Assembly (NCBI GenBank): GCA_964016885.1
Contig: OZ024740.1
Span: forward strand, 72,602,001-72,666,000
Direction: 5' to 3'
From: Eledone cirrhosa
Lineage: Eukaryota
Length of the DNA stretch: 64,000 nucleotides
The translations under genes were made by a program, and so were the position numbers. Below are positions 22,980-35,800 of the stretch, one piece after another. Positions within the stretch are counted from its first letter, which is position 1, and each line of letters opens with the position of its first letter. Below the pieces are notes generated by a model. The model was given only the letters and a program-made list of their open reading frames with translations. It ran no database searches and was not told where the DNA came from.

Positions 22980-23310
22980 CCATCACCACCAACAACAGCA
23001 ACAACAAAATACTACTACTCCCCTAACACCACTACTACCCCTACCAACACCATCACCACACCACACCACCACCACCACTACCACCACCATTACCACCACC
23101 AATAACAACCACAACAAAATAACACCACCAGCCCAACCACAACCACCACCACCAGCACCACCAACAACACCAACACCACCACCACCATCACCGACAACAA
23201 CAACACCATCAGCACCACTACTTCCATCACTAAAATACCACCACCACCAACAACACCACCACCACCGACAACATCAACCCCATCACCACCACCACCGACA
23301 ACAACAAGAA
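22980..23310. repeat. Degenerate (CAC/CAA)n low-complexity tract
   Basis: Direct reading. Confidence 0.9.
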
Positions 23311-23369
23311 CAAGAAAAAGAAAGCTATGAGATATGAAAGAAAGACAAAGAAGAAAGATGAGATAAAGA

Positions 23370-23388
23370 AGAGAGAGAGAGAGAGAGA

Positions 23389-23479
<91 letters not shown>

Positions 23480-23491
23480 GAGAGAGAGAGA

Positions 23492-23559
<68 letters not shown>

Positions 23560-23567
23560 GAGAGATG

Positions 23568-23598
<31 letters not shown>

Positions 23599-23605
23599 AG
23601 AGAGA

Positions 23606-23647
<42 letters not shown>
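23370..23647. repeat. (GA)n microsatellite
   Basis: Direct reading. Confidence 0.97.
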
Positions 23648-23650
<3 letters not shown>

Positions 23651-23890
23651 AGTTAAGAAGACGTGTCTGAAATATTTAGTTTTTCTCTCAGTAACTATAT
23701 AGTGGTAACATTGTGTGGAATGTCGGACATCATTAAAATAAGGGTTTTTGAAACAATCCCTCAAATAAAATATTGCAAGAAAAATACACATTAAAAATAA
23801 CAAAGAAAAAATAACACAAAGAATAACAAAAACAATAAAAGGAGAACAGATGAAGAAGAAGAAAGAAGAGAAGAGAAAAGATTAAAAAAC

Positions 23891-23991
23891 CTCTGCGATG
23901 TTCTTCGCCAAGTTGTTAATTAGCTGCGTCAGAATCAAAAGAGAGTAGTTTCCAATTTTTCTACTTCATTCTCCTCCCATGTAAAACAACA
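23891..23991 (-). other. Candidate 101-nt non-coding (5' UTR) exon
   Basis: Acceptor GGTTTTTCTTCATCAG| and weak donor GAG|GTTTTT. Stops in all three frames. Confidence 0.3.
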
Positions 23992-24020
23992 CTGATGAAG
24001 AAAAACCAACCAAAGACAGC

Positions 24021-24660
<640 letters not shown>

Positions 24661-24789
24661 TATAACAATAAAATTCGAAAACGAAAGTGAAAGTAGCAAT
24701 AAGATAAAATAATAAAATAAAAAAATAGAAGTGTCAGTATGAACAAAAAACAAAACAAAAAAAAAAACACAAACGAAAGGTAAAACTTT

Positions 24790-24870
24790 GAAGTAAAGAG
24801 AAAGGAAGGAGGAGAGAATGAGAGAAAATAGGAGAGAAAGACGGAAAGAAAGAGAAGAGGACAGAAAGAC

Positions 24871-24928
<58 letters not shown>

Positions 24929-25120
24929 TAGGAGAGAAAGATAGAAAGAAAGAAAATAGTAGAGAAAGAAAGAAAGTAGGATAGAAAAAAGAAGAAATGA
25001 TGACAGAAAGAATGTAGGACAGAGAGCCAGAAAGAAGGAAAGAAAGACAGAATGAATGACAGAAAAGAAAAAAGAAAGAAAGAGAGAATGAAAGACAGAA
25101 AGGCAAAAAGAAAGAGGCAA
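24790..25120. repeat. (GAAA)n purine-rich tract
   Basis: Direct reading. Confidence 0.9.
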
Positions 25121-25509
25121 AACAATAGGCAAATATTTCTGGAAGGCTTGAATTATTCTTAAGGCCCAATAAACACCCTGGAAAAGATACTTCCACGCCT
25201 GCTTGCTATCTTGTGACAATATACACCCATATGTACCTTTATTCTGAAACACATTGTGTTAGTGCTGTTGATATTTAATACTAGTTAGTCAAGCTTGTAC
25301 TATGTGTAAATAAGTATTTACTAAGAATGGTTTATTTAGAAAATCTTACAAGAAAATATTGCTTTCTTTCTTATATGGCAAACCTCTGGGGAGAAGTAAA
25401 TTAAAGCTGATGAACTGTAACGACAGTGACATACGTGCATCTACCATTCTTATCCCGACGTGGAGGTAACTGGGATATAACCACAAGTTAAAATATTCAC
25501 AGAAAGAAG

Positions 25510-25745
25510 GCTTTGCAGTATTCATTCCAGTTCTCTGAGTTCAAATCCCGTCGAGGTCAACTTTGCCTTTCATATTAGTCGATCAAAAAGTACCAGTCTA
25601 GTACTGACGTCGTTTTTTCCTCTATATATCTTTCTTACTTCCCCTTTAACACTTTCTTTCCTTATTCTGGAAGAAATTGGTCGTATTCAGATCTAGAGAG
25701 GAGATGGGCTCCTCCATGTTCAAATAAAATAGACAAGAAACGCCA
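25510..25745 (+). mobile_element. Long-tailed SINE copy
   Basis: GAGTTCAAATCCCGTCGAGGTCAACTTTGCC core, then CTGGAAGAAATTGGTCGTATTCAGATCTAGAG...CAAGAAACGCC. Confidence 0.75.
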
Positions 25746-26244
25746 GAAAATAATCACAGTGAGACTAAATGTATGTTTATTATACGTGAATATATTGTAT
25801 ATGGGTTCATATATGTCTTTATTCCACGCCTGCCGGCAATCAGTCGTGCAATTCGCTAAAATAGATAGAAACTTGTATTTAGTAGATTGATAAACAAGTG
25901 TTTGATGAGTTAGAAGTGGTCCTCCGTCGGTTGGCATCTATACAACTACATCATAAGTTATGGGATCAATTATCATTGATTAGTGATCTAGTAATAAGTA
26001 AATCATTTACTGATATCGTTTCTGTTATTTAATATTTAATAAATAACACAATATACAATTTAATTTAGCTGTGAGATCGGGCTAGGGGGAATGTCCCAGA
26101 AGCAATCTAAATTTGAATCTATTATTTCACATTCAGCACTTATGTCTGTGTTGCCAGTTTAAACAATGGAAGAGTCGAGGGGTGGCACGTGTTGAGGGCA
26201 TTGGTCGGCCTTAACTGGCCCCAAAAATTCAAATGCGAAACTGA

Positions 26245-26935
26245 ATATTTAAGTTGGATCGGCTTTAAGCTTGAAACGAAGTCCTCGTTCTTTAAAAACT
26301 TTGAATTAAGTTAGACTGGCTCTAGAAACTATACTCTCTATGGATACATAGATTAAACCGACTTTAGATTTGAAACTAAAACTTGGTTCTTTATAAACTA
26401 TGACTATCTAAATTGAAACTAAGACTTGGTTCCTTATAAACAACGTCTAAGTTAGACTGGCTCTAGATTTTAGAGTAAGACTTGATTTTTTTTGTTTTAA
26501 CTGTTGGTCAAACAATGATAAACATAGGGATATAAAATATAAAATATACCGAAGCGAAAACCAACCAAATAGTGAGTGTGTTTTATTATATATTTCTGGC
26601 AATATTATAACAACATGACTCTCCCCAAATATAACAATACTTGATTCTTTATAAACTATGAATATATAAGTAAGACTAAGTGTAGACTTGAAACAAAGCC
26701 TTCCTGCTTTATAAACACTAAGTTAGTCTAGCTCTAGATTTGAAACTAAGGTTTATTTGTTATGAATATGTAAGTTAGTCTGAGGGTAGATTGGAAACTA
26801 AGACTTGGTTCTTTATAAACTATGAATACGTAAGTTAGACGGGTATAGATTCGAAACTAAGACTTGGTGCTTTATTAACTCTGAAAATATAAATTAGACT
26901 GACTTTAGGCTCGAAACTAAGCCTTTATGCTTTAT
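26245..26935. repeat. Degenerate ~59-bp minisatellite
   Basis: Recurring AAGTTAGACTGGCTCTAGATTTGAAACTAAGACTTGGTTCTTTATAAACTATGAA. Confidence 0.85.
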
Positions 26936-26965
26936 ATTAAAAAAACAAAACAAACAACATTCTCA

Positions 26966-26999
26966 TTCTCTGACGAAAGGTTTGTTCGAAACATCAGAA
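26966..26999 (+). ncRNA. Degenerate minimal type-I hammerhead ribozyme of Penelope pseudo-LTR type
   Basis: TTCT-CTGACGA-AAGGTTTGTTC-GAAAC-ATC-AGAA: core boxes and a TTCT/AGAA stem I are present. The cleavage triplet reads ATC in place of the usual GTC. Confidence 0.5.
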
Positions 27000-28324
27000 A
27001 TTTTGTCTCCTCCCAAACACAACTAATTTCTTTTCTCCTCCTTCAAGTCAGGATTCCTCTCTTCACCCCACCTAAACATTCGTGTTCCCCCCCCCCCCAT
27101 AAGCCAGGATTCTCAGCATCCTCCCATCACCTCTCATACCAAGATTCTTGTCTCCACACGACATATAGAAACTTATCAAAATTTACCAACTCCCTATAAT
27201 GACATACAACTGAAAATAATCTAATCTAGGTGAACTCAGCCGTCACGTCAATTACTGGTCGAAACTATTTCATATATTATCTACACTTATTATATATATA
27301 TATATATATATATACAATAACTTTCTAGAGGTGGTTATATATATGTGTGTGTGTGTGTGTATTATATATACATACATAATATATATATATATATATAATA
27401 CACACACACACACACACACACACATTAATATCGTATATCAGATTTTTAAAACAAAACGTAAACAAAACTTTCATGAGAATTATATATATATTTGTTCCCT
27501 TAATACTATAATAACGTTTCGCTTCCATACTTTCCTATTCACATAATATCTCCTCTTATTCTTCTAAATCTTCTAATCAAAATACATTGAAAATTACTGG
27601 AATATGGAGTAAATTTTCTGTTTTTTTTAACCACCCCTTCCTTGTGTTTTCATTGTATTAAGTTATTTTGCTGTTTGTTTGTTTTTGTAACGCTTAGTTT
27701 CGTCTGAAATACGCCATTAGAGATTTTCACAAACTAGAATTTTTTTTGTGTGTAATCAGAAAAAAACCCCAGATTCTTGGGGGAGGGGAAAGAAAATAGG
27801 GCAGGGCTGGCTAAGATATTTAAATATTTATTACTTTTGTTTATTTAGAAGCCATGTCATCCTTGATTGGACAAACCTATGTTGAAACTTATCATCACAA
27901 ACAAACCAGGCATGACTATCTCATTTTTTTAAAATAATTTTTATTTTTCAGACATCGCATGTCTTGGACTGCATTATTCGATGTCACATAGTTTAAGTCA
28001 GTAAGGTTCTTTTTTATTTGATTTGAGGGATATTTGGTTAGTATTTCTAGCAAATAAAGTAGCCACTAGGGGTTCTCTCGTTGACTCGTGAATTTATTGG
28101 TTTAATGTGTTCGTTGTTACTTGGGGTTTATATATTTTAGGGTAGGGATATGAAACAATCACACATATGAAGAAAGACACACACACACACACATACGCGC
28201 ACCCACATAGACACACACATACACAGACACACACACACATACACCATAACACATGACACCCCACCACACACACACATACATCAAAATACAGCACACACCA
28301 TACACACACACACATATATAGATC

Positions 28325-28745
28325 CTAACTCCACACCACCACCAACCTCATCGTCCACACACCACACCCCCCACCATTTATTTCCTCCTCCAAAATCCAC
28401 AAACCTGGCTTCCACATCGTCTCCGCCTGCAAATGCCCCACAGAACCAATCTCCGCCAATCTCGGCTCCATCCTTGCCCCCCTAGTAGCCCTCCCCCTCC
28501 CACATATCCGACACAAGCCACGCCCCCCACCTCTTTGATACCTTCATCTTTCCACATGACTCACCCCCTGCTTTTCACCCTCAATATCAAATCCCTCTAC
28601 ACGGCCACCCCGCCATACCAAGGGCCTACGTGCCTCCAACACTTCCTTGACTTTCACCCCTCTAATCAACCCTTCACCTTCACATTTATCCACCTTGCCG
28701 AGCTGGTCCTCACCCCCAACTGCTTTTCCTTCTCTAGTAACTTGG
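28325..28745 (+). pseudogene. Penelope-like element reverse transcriptase fragment
   Basis: KIHKP...IVSAC.CPTE.IS..L.SILAPLV, then LLFTLNIKSLYT and LAELVLT.NCFSF; frameshifted. Confidence 0.8.
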
Positions 28746-28749
28746 GTGG

Positions 28750-28880
28750 CCAGTTCTAAGATTATCTCTCTCCAGTTCTAAGGATTTCACTTTACTGTCC
28801 TAAGGATTTCCCTCTCCAGTTCTAAGGATTTTACTTTCTAGTTCTCAGGATTTCCTTTTCTAGTTCTTAGGATTTCTTTT
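28750..28880. repeat. ~22-bp degenerate tandem repeat
   Basis: AGTTCTAAGGATTTCCCTCTCC-like units, ~6 copies. Confidence 0.8.
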
Positions 28881-29259
28881 TGCTTCTTTTCTTTCACCTA
28901 TCATCTCTTTTCCTTCACCTAACATCTCTTTTCCCCGTGTCACTATAAAAAGCACCTCCTCTCTTTCAGCAACATATTCCCTAAAACTCTTTCTAATTCT
29001 ATCCTCACATAATTTTCTATATTCTTCAGCTGCCGTTCTCTCTCTTTTCTGATGAAATATAGACTCCAGACACCTGGCTGTGTCTGTAAGTCTCTGTATA
29101 TTGTTATTAGCTTTCTTGTTTTTCTATCTAACTGACTAATATCTTCCTTTGTCTAGTTTATTATTCCTACTCTATATCTGATGATGGATACTCTTCCTGA
29201 GTTTATAGCAATACTCATATTTACACCATTCGGCTTGGGTTTTAATATCTTCTTTTCCT

Positions 29260-29565
29260 TGTATCCGTAACTCCTGGTGGAGACATAGAGGCACCGTAGT
29301 GACATACGGCGTTTCTTGGTCATTTTTAAAACCCCGTGGAGCCCATTTCTTCTCTAGGTCTGTACATTGACGATTTCTCATAGAGAAAGAGTTATAGAGG
29401 ATGAATCGTCACCAGTATTGGACTGGTACTCTTTTTTACCGACCTCGAAAGGATGAAAGGCAAAGTTGACTCTGGCGTGATTGGAACTCCTAGCACAGAG
29501 AATCGTAACGAATGCTGAAAAGCATTCTATCTGACGTCCTAACGACTGCCAATCCGCCGCCTGTA
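29260..29565 (-). mobile_element. Long-tailed SINE copy
   Basis: Reverse-complement core GTCAACTTTGCCTTTCATCCTTTCGAGGTCGGTAAAA, then tail CAGACCTAGAG...CAAGAAACGCCGTATGTCACTACGG...CCACCAGGAGTTAC. Confidence 0.8.
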
Positions 29566-29974
29566 ATATCGATACCTTTGAATAATATTTCTTCCTGATT
29601 TTGTCTTTACTTATTCCATCCTTAATAACACCAGCTTACAAAACTCCCTAATGTATATATATATATATCCATCATCTGTGTCAACCTCTCATATCTTTCT
29701 CGATTGGTAGATTTATTTTTTCACTTTTATTGTATTTCCCTTTTTTTCATTACAAGAACCCACAATTAGAGATACCAAACTCCATATTGATGTCACAGCT
29801 AACACTTTCACGGTATTGACAAAAGTATCCAGTTCTCTTCCACTCTTGCCATATAAATCTAAGTCATCTATGAATAAGAAGGGGCTCATTCCCTTCCGAT
29901 TCCCAAACTATATCCGGCTTGCAATTCTCTAAATCCTAGCGAGTGTAGGATAAGTGCAATGACAACCAGTAGGG

Positions 29975-30165
29975 TTGTTAAACTATCCCCTTGGAAATTA
30001 CAGAGGTGCTAAGCTACCCCCTTGGAAATTATTGGGGTTCTAAAGTAGCCCCTTGGGAATTACAGTTATTTAAAGCTATTCTTTGGAAATGACAGGGTTC
30101 TAATCTATTCCGTAGGAAAGTACAGGAGTGCTAAGTTACTCCGTTGGAAATTACAGCAGAGTCTA
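29975..30165. repeat. ~31-bp degenerate tandem repeat
   Basis: TAARCTAYCCCTTGGAAATTACAGGGGTKC-like units, ~6 copies. Confidence 0.8.
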
Positions 30166-30320
30166 GCTATCTATCTATTCAACTCCTCCAAGTGAGTGTC
30201 CTCCGCTCTTATGATTCTCAATCTGTTATATTTACTCTTTATCAATACAGACAGGTTTCTTGCAATTTTGAACTGTGTACGTGTCTTCAAAGTCCAAGAG
30301 TAGAGCAACCCACTCCCCAA

Positions 30321-32090
30321 CAGAACCACCACCACATAACACTACCACCACCACATAACACTACCACCACCACAGAACACTACCACCACCACCACATAAC
30401 ACTACCACCACCACAGAACACTACCACCACCACCACATAACACTACCACCACCACCACATAACACTACCACCACCACCACATAGCACTACCACCACCACA
30501 TAACACTACCACCACCACAGAACACTACCACCACCACCACATAACACTACCACCACCACAGAACACTACCACCACCACCACATAACACTACCACCACCAC
30601 CACATAACACTACCACCACCACCACATAACACTACCACCACCACATAACACTACCACCACCACAGAACACTACCACCACCACCACATAACACTACCACCA
30701 CCACAGAACACTACCACCACCACCACATAACACTACCACCACCACCACATAACACTACCACCACCACATAACACTACCACCACCACATAACACCACCACC
30801 ACCACCACAGAACACTACCACCACCACCACATAACACTACCACCACCACATAACACTACCACCACCACATAACACCACCACCACCACAGAACACTACCAC
30901 CACCACCACATAACACTACCACCACCACAGAACACTACCACCACCACATAACACTACCACCACCACATAACACTACCACCACCACCACATAACACTACCA
31001 CCACCACATAACACTACCACCACCACCACATAACACTACCACCACCTCCACATAACACTACCACCACAACCACATAACACTACCACCACCACAGAACACT
31101 ACCACCACCACCACATAACACTACCACCACCACAGAACACTACCACCACCACATAACACTACCACCACCACCACAGAACACTACCACCACCACCACATAA
31201 CACTACCACCACCACATAACACTACCACCACCACCACATAACACTACCACCACCTCCACATAACACTACCACCACCACCACATAACACTACCACCACCAC
31301 ATAACACTACCACCACCACAGAACACTACCACCACCACATAACACTACCACCACCTCCACATAACACTACCACCACCACCACATAACACTACCACCACCA
31401 CATAACACTACCACCACCACCACATAACACTACCACCACCACAGAACACTACCACCACCACCACATAACACTACCACCACCACAGAACACTACCACCACC
31501 ACATAACACTACCACCACCACAGAACACTACCACCACCACCACATAACACTACCACCACCACCACCACATAACACTACCACCACCACCACATAACACTAC
31601 CACCACCACCACATAACACTACCACCACCACCACATAACACTACGACCACCACATAACACTACAACCGCCACCACATAACACTAACACCACCACATAACA
31701 CTACCACCACCACATAACACTACAACCGCCACCACATAACACTACCACCACCACCACATAACACTACCACCACCACATAACACTACCACCACCACCACAT
31801 AACACTACCACCACCACATAACACTACAACCGCCACCACATAACACTACCACCACCAACACATAACACTACCACCACCACATAACACTACCACCACCACC
31901 ACATAACACTACCACCACCACCACCACATAACACTACCACCACCACTACTAGTACCACCTCCACATAACACTACCACCACCTCCACATAACACTACCATC
32001 ACCACATAACACTACCACCACCACCACCACATAACACTACCACCACCACATAACACTACCACCACCACTACTAGTACCACCTCCACCAAA
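30321..32090. repeat. Compound minisatellite CA(T/G)AACACTA + (CCA)3-5
   Basis: Direct reading; decays into a (CAC)n low-complexity tract that extends to 32680. Confidence 0.95.
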
Positions 32091-32813
32091 ACATCTTCAT
32101 CATTACCAACATTACCATCATCACCACCACCATCACCTACTCTTCCACCAGCACCAGCACCACCACCATCACCTACTCCACCGCCACCAACAACACCACT
32201 ACTACCAACACCCCAACACAACCACCACTATCAGCAGCAGCAGCAGCAGCACCACCAACACCAGCGCCACCACCACCATCACCAACTCCACCACCACTAC
32301 TACCAACACCCCCAACACCCCCACCAGCACTACCAACACCACCACCACCACCAGCACCACCAGCACCACAACACCACACCACCACTATTACCACCACCAC
32401 CACACCACCACCTCACCACCAGCAGCAGCAGCACCACCACCACCAACACCACTACAACAACACTAACATCAAGTACCACCGCCACCACCACACCACGACC
32501 ACCACACCACCACACCAACACCACACCAACACCACCTCGGCCACCACCACCACCACCACCACCTCTACCACTCCACCACCACACCACCACCACCAACAAC
32601 AACACAACCACCACACCACCACCACACCACTACCACACCAACACCACACCACCACCACCACCACCACCACTACCGCCACCTATTATTTATCATTAGTTTA
32701 CGTTATGTTAAGACAGTAGCAGCAACGATGTTTTAATTAAAAGAAAAATCTTTAACAAAATCTGTCTGACGGTCGACTGGTGGAGTCTAGTTTACTGGTT
32801 CTTCTGAAGTGGT

Positions 32814-35800
32814 TGTTGAGAAGTTGGAACACACTGAACTGATACAACAACAACAACAATATTGAGAAGTTGGAACACACTGAACTGATACAACAACAAC
32901 AACAACAACAATATTGAGAAGTTGGAACACACTGAACTGATACAACAACAACAACAACAACAACAATATTGAGAAGTTGGAACACACTGAACTGATACAA
33001 CAACAACAACAATATTGAGAAGTTGGAACACACTGAACTGATACAACAACAACAACAACAACAATATTGAGAAGTTGGAACACACTGAACTGATACAACA
33101 ACAACAACAACAACAACAATATTGAGAAGTTGGAACACACTGAACTGATACAACAACAACAACAACAATATTGAGAAGTTGGAACACACTGAACAGATAC
33201 AACAACAACAACAACAATATTGAGAAGTTGGAACACACTGAACTGATACAACAACAACAACAACAACAACAATATTGAGAAGTTGGAACACACTGAACTG
33301 ATACAACAACAACAACAACAACAATATTGAGAAGTTGGAACACACTGAACTGATACAACAACAACAACAACAACAATATTGAGAAGTTGGAACACACTGA
33401 ACTGATACAACAACAACAACAACAACAACAATATTGAGAAGTTGGAACACACTGAACTGATACAACAACAACAACAACAATATTGAGAAGTTGGAACACA
33501 CTGAACTGATACAACAACAACAACAACATTGAGAAGTTGAAACACGCTGAACTGATACAACAACAACAACAACAACAATATTGAGAAGTTAGAACACACT
33601 GAACTGATACAACAACAACAACAACAACAATATTGATAAGTTGGAACACACTGAACTGATACAACAACAACAACAACAACAATATTGATAAGTTGGAACA
33701 CACTGAACTGATACAACAACAACAACAACAACAATATTGAGAAGTTGGAACACACTGAACTGATACAACAACAACAAAAACAACAACAACAATATTGAGA
33801 AGTTGGAACACACTGAACTGATACAACAACAACAACAACAACAATATTGAGAAGTTGGAACACACTGAACTGATACAACAACAACAACAACAATATTAAG
33901 AAGTTGGAACACACTGAACTGATACAACAACAACAACAACAATATTGAGAAGTTGGAACACACTGAACTGATACAACAACAACAACAATATTGAGAAGTT
34001 GGAACACACTGAACTGATACAACAACAACAACAACAACAATATTGAGAAGTTGGAACACACTGAACTGATACAACAACAACAACAACAACAACAATATTG
34101 AGAAGTTGGAACACACTGAACTGATACAACAACAACAACAACAATATTGAGAAGTTGGAACACACTGAACAGATACAACAACAACAACAACAATATTGAG
34201 AAGTTGGAACACACTGAACTGATACAACAACAACAACAACAACAACAATATTGAGAAGTTGGAACACACTGAACTGATACAACAACAACAACAATATTGA
34301 GAAGTTGGAACACACTGAACTGATACAACAACAACAACAACAACAATATTGAGAAGTTGGAACACACTGAACTGATACAACAACAACAACAACAACAACA
34401 ATATTGAGAAGTTGGAACACACTGAACTGATACAACAACAACAACAACAATATTGAGAAGTTGGAACACACTGAACTGATACAACAACAACAACAACATT
34501 GAGAAGTTGAAACACGCTGAACTGATACAACAACAACAACAACAACAATATTGAGAAGTTAGAACACACTGAACTGATACAACAACAACAACAACAACAA
34601 TATTGATAAGTTGGAACACACTGAACTGATACAACAACAACAACAACAACAATATTGATAAGTTGGAACACACTGAACTGATACAACAACAACAACAACA
34701 ACAATATTGAGAAGTTGGAACACACTGAACTGATACAACAACAACAACAACAACAACAACAATATTGAGAAGTTGGAACACACTGAACTGATACAACAAC
34801 AACAACAACAACAACAATATTGAGAAGTTGGAACACACTGAACTGATACAACAACAACAACAACAATATTAAGAAGTTGGAACACACTGAACTGATACAA
34901 CAACAACAACAACAATATTGAGAAGTTGGAACACACTGAACTGATACAACAACAACAACAACAATATTGAGAAGTTGGAACACACTGAACTGATACAACA
35001 ACAACAACAACAATATTGAGAAGTTGGAACACACTGAACTGATACAACAACAACAACAACAACAATATTGAGAAGTTGGAACACACTGAACTGATACAAC
35101 AACAACAACAACAATATTGAGAAGTTGGAACACACTGAACTGATACAACAACAACAACAACAACAACAATATTGAGAAGTTGGAACACACTGAACTGATA
35201 CAACAACAACAACAACAATATTGAGAAGTTGGAACACACTGAACTGATACAACAACAACAACAACAATATTGAGAAGTTGGAACACACTGAACTGATACA
35301 ACAACAACAACAACAACAACAACAATATTGAGAAGTTGGAACACACTGAACTGATACAACAACAACAACAACAACAATATTGAGAAGTTGGAACACACTG
35401 AACTGATACAACAACAACAACAACAATATTGAGAAGTTGGAACACACTGAACTGATACAACAACAACAACAACAACAACAACAATATTGAGAAGTTGGAA
35501 CACACTGAACTGATACAACAACAACAACAACAACAATATTGAGAAGTTGGAACACACTGAACTGATACAACAACAACAACAACAACAACAATATTGAGAA
35601 GTTGGAACACACTGAACTAATACAACAACAACAACAACAATATTGAGAAGTTGGAACACACTGAACTGATACAACAACAACAACAACATTGAGAAGTTGA
35701 AACACGCTGAACTGATACAACAACAACAACAACAACAATATTGAGAAGTTAGAACACACTGAACTGATACAACAACAACAACAACAATATTGATAAGTTG

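Noticed and set aside
25120-25250. Possible minus-strand exon (NKGTYGCILSQDSKQAWKYLFQG...)
   Set aside because: An acceptor-like TGTGTTTCAG exists, but there is no clear donor or recognisable homology and the frame runs into (TTTC)n.
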